A DNA stretch of 40,983 bases, taken from Planctomycetia bacterium (GTDB lineage: Bacteria; Planctomycetota; Planctomycetia; Pirellulales; UBA1268). The notes under the pieces are model-generated. The model saw nothing but the letters and a program-made list of their open reading frames with translations. It had not been told where the DNA came from and made no database searches. A program made the position numbers and the translations under genes. Of the stretch, positions 1-7,641 are shown in pieces. The stretch is taken from the NCBI GenBank assembly GCA_009919445.1, contig RGBY01000001.1, positions 1-40,983 on the forward strand, read 5' to 3'. Positions within the stretch are counted from its first letter, which is position 1; every line of letters begins with the position of its first letter.

Positions 1-89
1 ACTTCCCGAAGTGCCGGGCTGGCCGATTCATGCTGAGAGTCACTCATCGCTATTCCTGAAACGAAGAGTGGGCGCGCCCACCCAAATTC

Positions 90-341
90 TCACCCTCCCG
101 GGCTCTTCACTGGATGTCCGACACCGCCGGCACGGGGAATTAAAACGGTACCATACTTCTCAACCGCCAGCGGCTCCGGCAGATCGTCGAAGAGGCCGCC
201 GATGTTGATCTGGTGAGCATTCATCACGACATCTCTACCGTCACCGGTGAGGAACTCTTTGCCTTTTCTCTCGCCGCGGCACCACGCCTCCGCCCCAAAA
301 AGCAGCCCGGAGGGGGGTTCCAAAAAATTCCGGACTAGCAT
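90..341 (-). CDS. hypothetical small protein (83-aa ORF, start uncertain)
   Basis: Only ORF in 1-448 with coding-like third-position G/C bias (cac cag atc aac atc ggc ggc ctc ttc gac...). No family recognised. Confidence 0.3.
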   Translation of the reverse strand: MLVRNFLEPPSGLLFGAEAWCRGERKGKEFLTGDGRDVVMNAHQINIGGLFDDLPEPLAVEKYGTVLIPRAGGVGHPVKSPGG

Positions 342-448
342 CAGCGACCAACTGGCCTTCAGGCCACCACGCCCTTTCAGGGGGGAGGCCGTCTTGCACG
401 GGGCAGGCGAATCCGTAGACTTGGTCGATTCGCGGTCCGGAAAGTTCC

Positions 449-521
449 GCTAGCGTAGCTCAATTGGCAGAGCAGCTGATTTGTAATCAGCAGGTTGCGG
501 GTTCAACTCCCGCCGCTAGCT
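449..521 (+). tRNA. tRNA-Thr (anticodon TGT)
   Basis: Cloverleaf read by hand: acceptor gctagcg/cgctagc, D arm gctc..gagc, anticodon stem gctga/tcagc with loop tttgtaa (TGT), T arm gcggg-ttcaact-cccgc. CCA not encoded. Confidence 0.9.
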
Positions 522-1072
522 CACGACGCAGCCGGACGGAAGGCCAGGCGGTTGCGGACGCCCAATGGGATTTTGCCGTGACGGCTGTCGGTAGGCAGGA
601 CGCTTGCCGGCCCCCCGATCCGGCGAGGTCGCCGACGGGCTCCTCAGCAATGAGAGCACGTCAGCCTTGGTTTCGACACGGCTCCCCAAAGGCCGTGGCG
701 AACAAAAATGAATCGCAGAGCATCCTTTATTAACCCCCGTACCATTTCGTCGCGGTTTATAGCCCATACTCATCTATATATAAGGAAGTGCCAACTGGTG
801 TCCTGAGCGAGGAAACTCAATCAGGCCATTTTTGAGCGTCATCATGCGGACGTCCGTCGTGCGGGCAAATCTGCCAGCGGCAGCCCCCACCCGACAAGAC
901 GGCAGAAACACGAACCAAAACCACGCGAGACTATTTCACACGAGACTTTTTATTGAGGAGGAGCAAGCGGCGACGGGACTTCCTCGGAACCCCTCGTCAT
1001 GCGGACGGGCCGGCCACCGGAGCCGTCGCGGTGGAGGTGCCTTTGGGCACCGCGACAAAAGACAATGCGAAT

Positions 1073-1154
1073 GGGGAGTTTCCCGAGCGGTCAAAGGGGT
1101 CAGACTGTAAATCTGATGGCACTGCCTTCGCAGGTTCGAATCCTGCACTCCCCA
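1073..1154 (+). tRNA. tRNA-Tyr (anticodon GTA), class II with long variable arm
   Basis: Acceptor ggggagt/actcccc, ttcccgagcggtcaaagggg D region typical of bacterial tRNA-Tyr, anticodon loop ctgtaaa (GTA), T loop ttcgaat. Confidence 0.9.
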
Positions 1155-1221
1155 CTTGTCCCACCGCAGACGATCTGACCGAGGGTGACGAAACCTCGGG
1201 ACACCAAAACAGGCTCTGACC

Positions 1222-1292
1222 GCGGGTGTAGCTCAATGGTAGAGCAATAGCCTTCCAAGCTAAAGACGAGGGTTCGATTCCCTTCACCCGCT
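1222..1292 (+). tRNA. tRNA-Gly (anticodon TCC)
   Basis: Acceptor gcgggtg/cacccgc, D arm gctc-aatggta-gagc, anticodon loop cttccaa (TCC), T arm gaggg-ttcgatt-ccctt. Confidence 0.9.
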
Positions 1293-1360
1293 TTCCGCCC
1301 CTTTTTGCCGCAATATTTGGAGCACCCCTTCATTAACTGACTAGAAAATTGGCATAATCC

Positions 1361-1433
<73 letters not shown>

Positions 1434-1603
1434 CTTCCCGATACCCCGGGGATTTCCGGTGGCTCGGGCGTCCCGCTGGGAACGATTTCACGATACAATC
1501 CGGGGCCGGAAGGTTCCGGAGGAAATGACGACTGAAGATTTTGACCACGAGCAGGCCACGGTGCCTGCCCCACTATTAACGAGGAAAGGCCGAGGAAAAG
1601 AGC

Positions 1604-2803
1604 ATGGCAAAGGATACGTTTGAGCGAACAAAACCCCACGTGAACGTCGGCACGATCGGGCACATCGACCACGGGAAAACGACGCTCACGGGTGCCCTTG
1701 TCGCCGTGCAGGCGGCAAAGAACCTGGCAGAGGCCAAGAGTTATGCCGACATCGCCAAGGGCGGTACGGTCCGTGACGAAACCAAGACGGTGACGATTGC
1801 GGTTAGCCACGTTGAATACGAAACCGAAAAGCGTCACTACGCCCACATTGACTGCCCCGGCCACGCCGACTTCGTCAAGAACATGATCACCGGTGCGGCC
1901 CAGATGGACGGAGCAATCCTCGTCGTCAGTGCCGCTGACGGCCCGATGCCGCAGACCCGAGAGCACATCCTGCTGGCCAAGCAGGTCGGTGTGCCAGCCC
2001 TCGTGGTCTTCCTGAACAAGTGCGACCTCGTCGATGACCCCGAACTGCTCGACCTCGTCGAGATGGAAATTCGGGAACTGCTCAGCAAGTATGGCTTCCC
2101 CGGCGATGACATTCCGATCATCCGCGGTGCCAGCAAGCCAGCTTACGACAGCCCGGCCGACCCAGAGGCCAGCAAGTGCATCAGCGAACTGCTTGATGCC
2201 GTTGATAGCTACATCCCTGAGCCTGCCCGTGAAACGGACAAGCCGTTCCTGATGGCCATCGAAGACGTCTTCTCGATCGAAGGCCGCGGCACGGTTGCAA
2301 CCGGCCGAATTGAGCGGGGTATTGTCAAGGTTGGTGACGAAGTCGAAATCATCGGCCTGAAGGAAAAGGCTGAGAAGACGACCGTCACTGGCGTTGAGAT
2401 GTTCAAGAAGCTGCTCGACCAGGGGCAGGCTGGCGACAACGTCGGCTGTCTGCTGCGTGGCGTTGCGCGTGACGACATTGAGCGAGGCCAGGTGCTCGCC
2501 AAGCCCGGCTCGATCAAGCCACATAAGAAGTTCGAGTGTGAGGTCTACATCCTCGCCAAGGAAGAAGGCGGCCGCCACACGCCTTTCTTCGCGGGATATC
2601 GTCCGCAGTTCTACTTCCGCACCACCGACGTGACGGGCACCACCAAGCTGATGGGCGGCGTGGAAATGGTCTCGCCCGGTGACAATGTGAAGATGGAAGT
2701 TGAACTGATGGTGCCGATCGCCATGGACGACGGTGTTCGCTTTGCCATCCGCGAAGGTGGCCGGACCGTCGGCTCGGGCGTCGTCTCCAAGATTCTCGAC
2801 TGA
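1604..2803 (+). CDS. tuf: elongation factor Tu
   Basis: 399 aa. G1 motif [21 protein letters not shown]. Full-length EF-Tu-like sequence ending [15 protein letters not shown]. Confidence 0.98.
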   Translation: MAKDTFERTKPHVNVGTIGHIDHGKTTLTGALVAVQAAKNLAEAKSYADIAKGGTVRDETKTVTIAVSHVEYETEKRHYAHIDCPGHADFVKNMITGAAQMDGAILVVSAADGPMPQTREHILLAKQVGVPALVVFLNKCDLVDDPELLDLVEMEIRELLSKYGFPGDDIPIIRGASKPAYDSPADPEASKCISELLDAVDSYIPEPARETDKPFLMAIEDVFSIEGRGTVATGRIERGIVKVGDEVEIIGLKEKAEKTTVTGVEMFKKLLDQGQAGDNVGCLLRGVARDDIERGQVLAKPGSIKPHKKFECEVYILAKEEGGRHTPFFAGYRPQFYFRTTDVTGTTKLMGGVEMVSPGDNVKMEVELMVPIAMDDGVRFAIREGGRTVGSGVVSKILD

Positions 2804-2819
2804 TCGACAACATGAATCA

Positions 2820-2861
2820 GCGGTGGTGTCCGTTTCGGCGGGCACCGCCGCCTGATCTTTT
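2820..2861 (+). terminator. possible intrinsic terminator or processing hairpin after tuf
   Basis: 13-bp stem gcggtggtgtccg (2820-2832) pairs with cgggcaccgccgc (2839-2851) including two G.U pairs, followed by ctgatctttt. A second perfect hairpin gggtccgg-atca-ccggaccc lies at 2871-2890. Confidence 0.35.
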
Positions 2862-2900
2862 CACCGTGCGGGGTCCGGATCACCGGACCCAGTTCGCCAC

Positions 2901-2973
2901 AGGGGTGTAGCTCAATTGGCAGAGCGCTGGTCTCCAAAACCAGAGGTTGCGAGTTCGATTCCCGCCGCCCCTG
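2901..2973 (+). tRNA. tRNA-Trp (anticodon CCA)
   Basis: Acceptor aggggtg/cgcccct (one G.U), anticodon stem ctggt/accag with loop ctccaaa (CCA), T loop ttcgatt. Conserved position upstream of secE-nusG. Confidence 0.9.
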
Positions 2974-3135
2974 CTTGCCGTTCGGCCCGAGAGGGCCGCG
3001 TGTTTTCCGATCGAAACCAGACGTTCCGGAACTGCGAAAACTGGACAACCGGCTATTTTCCGGGAGCCGGTACTGGTAGAAGAACGGGTTGTTCGGCTTC
3101 TTTTTCCCCCTCCACGCACAGGCAACAAGACTGAC

Positions 3136-3594
3136 ATGGCAGGAACGCAACAATCCTCGGCGACATTCTGGGGGGGCCTCCTCAGCTTCTCGCTCTACAA
3201 GCGACAGCAAGGCAAGGTCACTCGTCAGATAACTTTTGCCGCCATCAGTCTCGCCATCGCCCTCGGTGTTTGGCGGCTTGCGGCACTGTTGCCGATCTGG
3301 ATGGGCGGAGATGCAAGCGGGTCACTCAGCGATGAGTTTGGCCTGATGCGATTCCTCGTGCCCGGGCTGTTGCTTGCGGCTGGCATCTGGTTCAGCTTCC
3401 GGCTAGTCAATACGCCCGGCATTGCTGACTTCTTAATCGCCGTCGAAACTGAAATGACCAAGGTGTCATGGCCGACCCGTGACGAGGTCATCCGTAGTTC
3501 GCTGGTGATCATTTTCCTGATCTTCGCGCTCGCCGGCATCCTTGCCGTTTACGATCTGTTCTGGTGGTTCGTCCTCCGGGCACTCCAGGGCTAA
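3136..3594 (+). CDS. secE: preprotein translocase subunit SecE
   Basis: ATG at 3136 (MAGTQQSS...), downstream of the tRNA that the longer ORF overlaps. Three hydrophobic helices. The conserved C-terminal segment EMTKVSWPTRDEV precedes the last TM. Synteny tRNA-Trp/secE/nusG. Confidence 0.8.
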   Translation: MAGTQQSSATFWGGLLSFSLYKRQQGKVTRQITFAAISLAIALGVWRLAALLPIWMGGDASGSLSDEFGLMRFLVPGLLLAAGIWFSFRLVNTPGIADFLIAVETEMTKVSWPTRDEVIRSSLVIIFLIFALAGILAVYDLFWWFVLRALQG

Positions 3595-3661
3595 ATTCAC
3601 ACGGTTTCTTCCCTCTCCTTCCCGCAAGTCTGCAGACTCCACCGACTGGATCTTCAAACCA

Positions 3662-4462
3662 ATGCACGATCACGACGCCCCTTCGCCATCTGATCCGAAC
3701 AGCCCCGATGATGCCACGACGGCGGCCGAGGCGACTGCCCCTGAGCCTACCGAGCGGCCTGAGTCGGATACGCCACCACCGGCGGATGCTCCCCTGGCGG
3801 AAGCTGACGACGAGGATGACGACGATGGCCCGGTTGAGTTAGAAGACCCGTTCTCGGGTAGCGAAGACGCTCAGCCTGTCATGATGGACGGCGACGAGGA
3901 GGAAGGCGAAGAAAACCAGCCCTCCATGGCCGACATGGACTGGTACATCCTCAAGGTTCAGAGCAACCGGGAAGACTCGATCCGAGACACCCTGATGCGA
4001 CGGATTGCCATGCAGGGCATGGACAAGTGGTTCGGGGAGGTCGTGGTCCCCAAAGAGCAGGTCACGGAATTCAAGAGTGGCAAGAAGCGGGTCGTCTGGC
4101 GAAAGCTCTACCCGGGCTACATCCTGGTGAACATGGTGCTCAATGATGAGACCTGGTTTCTCGTTCGTGAAACCGGGGGAATCGGCGACTTCACTGGCTC
4201 TGGTGGAAAGCCAAGCCCCATGCTGCCGCAGGACGTGGCCAAACTCTTGCACAAGGCCGAAGAAGAAACGGCTGAAACACCGAAGCTCAAGATCAACTTC
4301 AAGAAGGGCGATCGCGTCAAAATCAACGAGGGCACCTTCGAGAACTTCGAAGGTGAGGTTGAGCAGATTGACGAGTCGAATGGACGCGTCACCGTGATGC
4401 TGAGCATTTTCGGCCGCTCCACCCCGGTTGACATCGAGTATTGGCAGATCGAAACGGTGTAG
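3662..4462 (+). CDS. nusG: transcription termination/antitermination factor NusG with ~92-aa acidic/Pro-rich N-terminal extension
   Basis: NGN domain starts at DWYILKVQSNRED. The C-terminal KOW is GDRVKINEGTFENFEGEVEQID. First ATG of the uninterrupted frame after secE is 3662. Internal ATGs at 3926 and 3935 would give a canonical-length NusG. Confidence 0.88.
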   Translation: MHDHDAPSPSDPNSPDDATTAAEATAPEPTERPESDTPPPADAPLAEADDEDDDDGPVELEDPFSGSEDAQPVMMDGDEEEGEENQPSMADMDWYILKVQSNREDSIRDTLMRRIAMQGMDKWFGEVVVPKEQVTEFKSGKKRVVWRKLYPGYILVNMVLNDETWFLVRETGGIGDFTGSGGKPSPMLPQDVAKLLHKAEEETAETPKLKINFKKGDRVKINEGTFENFEGEVEQIDESNGRVTVMLSIFGRSTPVDIEYWQIETV

Positions 4463-4472
4463 CTAGCTTTAC

Positions 4473-4503
4473 GCGAGCAAAGCCATCCATGGCCTTTGCT
4501 CGC
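4473..4503 (+). terminator. stable hairpin just after the nusG stop (no U-tract)
   Basis: gcgagcaaag (4473-4482) pairs with ctttgctcgc (4494-4503), with extra pairs around the ccatgg centre. No T-run follows, so terminator function is uncertain. Confidence 0.3.
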
Positions 4504-4766
4504 TGGGTGGCTTGCGGAAAAGCCAAGGTTGTCAGAACAGCCACGGCTGTTCGCTTACCCACGGACCTCATCTGACCAGAACAGATTCTGCCGCCATTCA
4601 CCGGCTGCCCAGGGATGGCGAGTGGCCTTCTTCAAACTGGCCCGCCTCGGCAGGCAGAGCATTTCAGAAGAGCCGGAAAGCCCAAAAATCGCACGCTCAG
4701 CCGCCATCCCGAAATTCCTTTTTCGCGGCCAATCGCCATTGTTTCTCGGAACTCCTGCATGGGCCT

Positions 4767-4796
4767 TTGACAAGGGCAAATTTCGCGGCATATTGA
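4767..4796 (+). promoter_or_regulatory. candidate sigma70-type promoter for rplK-rplA
   Basis: ttgaca (4767-4772), then a 17-18 nt spacer, then atattg/tattga (4790-4796), about 40 nt upstream of the rplK ATG. Found by eye only. Confidence 0.3.
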
Positions 4797-4836
4797 GGGA
4801 CTTCCCCAATGGGCATTGATTGACAGGAGCCGCTCG

Positions 4837-5262
4837 ATGGCAAAACAGGTGTCTGGACAGGCAAAATTTCAGGTTCCCGGTGGTCAGGCGACCCCGGCCC
4901 CCCCGGTCGGTACGTCGCTGGGACGCTTTGGCATCAACCTGGGCCAATTTGTTCAGCAGTTCAACGACCGAACCAAGGATGCCGGCGGCATGCCGATCCC
5001 GGTCGTCGTCACGGTCTATAACGACCGAACATTCGATTTTGTCACGAAAAGCCCTCCCGCTGCGGCATTACTGAAAAAAGCTGCTGGTCTGGCGAAGGGC
5101 TCCGGCGTGCCCAATAAGACCAAGGTCGGCAAGGTCACCGAGGCCCAACTCGATGAAATTGTCAAAATGAAATCAGCGGACCTCAATGCCCGTGATGACG
5201 AGCATGCCCGACGCATGATCGCGGGAACCGCCCGCAGCATGGGAATTACCGTCGAAGGTTGA
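4837..5262 (+). CDS. rplK: 50S ribosomal protein L11
   Basis: [29 protein letters not shown]... is a typical L11 N-terminus. aggag SD at 4825-4829. Confidence 0.95.
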   Translation: MAKQVSGQAKFQVPGGQATPAPPVGTSLGRFGINLGQFVQQFNDRTKDAGGMPIPVVVTVYNDRTFDFVTKSPPAAALLKKAAGLAKGSGVPNKTKVGKVTEAQLDEIVKMKSADLNARDDEHARRMIAGTARSMGITVEG

Positions 5263-5451
5263 TCTCAGGCCAAAATCTGCCATACTTCTGGATTCCCCGA
5301 ATCGAAGTTCTCTCAGGAATTTCTCGATTCGCGTGACTTCGGAGCAGGCCCGGCTGACCGTTGGCCTGGCGGCGGGAGAATTTCCCTGCCACCCACCCTT
5401 ACTCACACTCCTACCCAAGCCCCTAACAGACAGTTCTCGAGGAATTCGACC

Positions 5452-6132
5452 GTGCCACTGACCAAACGGATGAAAGCCGCTCACGCTGTGAAGCCCGCTG
5501 ACGAAACCCCGCTTCCCGTCCTCGAAGCGGTTGAGGTACTCAAGAAGTTCCCGCCAACCAAATTCGATCAGACGGTTGAGATTCACGTGCGGCTGGGCAT
5601 CGACCCAAAGCAGGCCGATCAAATCGTCCGAGGCTCCATCGTGCTGCCTCACGGAATTGGGAAATCAAAGCGGGTTGTGGTCTTCGCGAAGGGCAACATG
5701 GCAGAAGATGCCAAGGCAGCCGGCGCTGAGGAAGTTGGTGCAGAAGAACTGGCCAAGAAGATCAAAGGTGGCTGGACCGACTTCGACGTCTGCATTGCTG
5801 CGCCTGACATGATGGGTCTGGTTGGCCCGCTCGGAAAGGTCCTCGGCCCCCGGGGGCTGATGCCAAGTCCACGTGCTGGGACGGTCACCGCCGACATTGC
5901 CAAGACCGTGTCCGAGTACAAGGCTGGTAAGGTTGAGTTTCGCAATGATCCCACCGGCATTGTTCATGCTGCAGTTGGCAAGGCGAGCTTTGACCCGGCC
6001 AAACTGGCTGACAACATCAATGCCTTCATCGAACACATTCGTGGCATGCAGCCGAGCGCTGTCCGCGGCCAATACATCAAGACGGTTGCGATCTCCGCGA
6101 CCATGTCACCCGGCGTGATGGTTGCCGCCTGA
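5452..6132 (+). CDS. rplA: 50S ribosomal protein L1
   Basis: 226 aa, GTG start. [34 protein letters not shown] is a typical L1 core. Confidence 0.95.
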   Translation: MPLTKRMKAAHAVKPADETPLPVLEAVEVLKKFPPTKFDQTVEIHVRLGIDPKQADQIVRGSIVLPHGIGKSKRVVVFAKGNMAEDAKAAGAEEVGAEELAKKIKGGWTDFDVCIAAPDMMGLVGPLGKVLGPRGLMPSPRAGTVTADIAKTVSEYKAGKVEFRNDPTGIVHAAVGKASFDPAKLADNINAFIEHIRGMQPSAVRGQYIKTVAISATMSPGVMVAA

Positions 6133-6184
6133 TCGCTTCCCTACAACCTCCCGAAACCACCTTCCCCCCAGCCCCTCAAAGACC

Positions 6185-6733
6185 ATGAGCAAACTTGTCA
6201 AAAACCTCATGATGCAGAGCCTTCAGTCGCGGCTCGACAACGTCGGCGAAGTGTTCGTCGTCAGCCTGGGCCAACTAACCGCCCAAAAGACGACCGAACT
6301 GCGTTTGGCGCTGCGTAAGAAGAACATCAGCCTGCAGCTGGTGAAGAACAACCTCGCCCGCCGGGCACTCGCCGAGACTCCTCTGGCTCCCGCCATGGAG
6401 AACCTCACCGGCATGCTCGCCCTCTGCTGGGGCGGCGAAGACGTGGTTGATCTGGCGAAGGAACTCAACCGTTTTGCCGGGCTGGCCGAGTTTCAGGGCA
6501 TTGAGTGCCGCGGCGGTGCCATGGACGGGACGAAACTCGAACCAGAAGACCTTGGCCGGGTAGCCAAGTGGCCTTCTCGGACCGAGCAGCTTTCGATTCT
6601 CTCGGGGCAGATCTGCTCCGCTGGCGCCACACTCTCTGGACAACTGCTTGGAGCAGGCGGAACCTTGGCCGGTCAGCTGGCCAGTCGAGTTGATGACCTG
6701 GAAAAGGCTGGTGATGCTGGCACGGCGGCCTGA
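6185..6733 (+). CDS. rplJ: 50S ribosomal protein L10
   Basis: ATG at 6185 (MSKLVKNLMMQSLQSRL...). L10-like sequence (TELRLALRKKNISLQLVKNNLARRAL). Position between rplA and rplL. Confidence 0.92.
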   Translation: MSKLVKNLMMQSLQSRLDNVGEVFVVSLGQLTAQKTTELRLALRKKNISLQLVKNNLARRALAETPLAPAMENLTGMLALCWGGEDVVDLAKELNRFAGLAEFQGIECRGGAMDGTKLEPEDLGRVAKWPSRTEQLSILSGQICSAGATLSGQLLGAGGTLAGQLASRVDDLEKAGDAGTAA

Positions 6734-7010
6734 CCACCGCCCTGCTTTGGGGCTGCGATGAAGCGGCCACCAAGAAAATCGTCAAGCCCAAAATTTTGGG
6801 TCTAGGCAACAAGGAAATTCGTGGTAAATAGAAAGGCTCGCGATTTTTCGAAGCCGCACAGCAAAGACGGCTCGTCGGTCGCAGGCGTAAAAGAAAAAAC
6901 AACCGTGTAACCCGGGACAATGGCGTGACGGGACACGGAGACGGGCAAGAAATTCACTATCATCGGACTGCCTAGCGGCACCGGTTTCTCGAGGGAAAGG
7001 ATCGCGATCG

Positions 7011-7442
7011 ATGGCAACGGCTGAAGCAACAGAGTCAACCCGGGAATTTTCGACTGAAACGAAGGAACTCGGTGATCGCATTGTCGGCCTGACACTAAAG
7101 GCTGCAAAGGAACTGTCGGACTATCTTGACGAGGTTCATGGCATCAAGCCTGCCTCTGGTGGGGCCGTCATGGTCGCTGCCGGTGGTGCGGGCGGCGGCG
7201 GCGAAGGTGGCGGCGAGGCAGCTGCTGAAAAGACTGAGTTTGATGTTGTTCTTGAGTCGTTTGGCGACAACAAGATCGGCGTCATCAAGGTCGTTCGTGC
7301 TGCCACCGGCCTGGGCCTGAAGGAAGCCAAGGATCTCGTCGAAGGTGCCCCTGGCAAGGTCAAAGAGGGCATCTCGAAAGAAGACGCCGAGAAGCTGCAG
7401 AAGGAACTCGAAGAGGCTGGTGCCAAGGTCTCGGTCAAGTAG
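7011..7442 (+). CDS. rplL: 50S ribosomal protein L7/L12
   Basis: 143 aa. Gly/Ala hinge [22 protein letters not shown] followed by the C-terminal domain [27 protein letters not shown]...[10 protein letters not shown]. Confidence 0.93.
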   Translation: MATAEATESTREFSTETKELGDRIVGLTLKAAKELSDYLDEVHGIKPASGGAVMVAAGGAGGGGEGGGEAAAEKTEFDVVLESFGDNKIGVIKVVRAATGLGLKEAKDLVEGAPGKVKEGISKEDAEKLQKELEEAGAKVSVK

Positions 7443-7459
7443 GAAAAAGCCCGCATTTC

Positions 7460-7511
7460 CCGTTTGTCAGCCAGACCCTTGGCGGTTTGGCTGACAAACG
7501 GTATAGTTTTT
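7460..7511 (+). terminator. rplL-rpoB intrinsic terminator/attenuator
   Basis: Perfect 13-bp stem ccgtttgtcagcc (7460-7472) pairs with ggctgacaaacgg (7489-7501), followed by tatagttttt. Position is analogous to the E. coli rplL-rpoB attenuator. Confidence 0.6.
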
Positions 7512-7641
7512 GCGTGCAATCCTTCCTTTCGGTCTCTTTTCCTGTTCCCGTCCAGGTCATTCGGCCTGCCTGCCGGTCTTTCTCTGTGCCCGTGCAAGTC
7601 TGTCAGCGTCCTTTATCTGCTGGGCCAGTCTTGCGGTGGCA

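Noticed and set aside
464-1333. Multiple 70-96-aa ORFs on both strands across the tRNA cluster and its spacer
   Set aside because: They overlap hand-verified tRNA genes or each other and have Arg/Pro/Ser-rich nonsense-like products.
2804-2900. Looked for rpmG (L33), often found between tuf and tRNA-Trp/secE
   Set aside because: Only 97 nt are available and no suitable ORF exists, so rpmG is not at this position.
2947-3135. Upstream extension of the secE ORF
   Set aside because: It starts inside tRNA-Trp. The first plausible start after the tRNA is ATG 3136.
7510-7641. Upstream extension of the rpoB ORF ([22 protein letters not shown]...)
   Set aside because: It overlaps the terminator T-tract and the C/T-rich leader. 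The conserved RpoB N-terminus aligns from the ATG at 7642.
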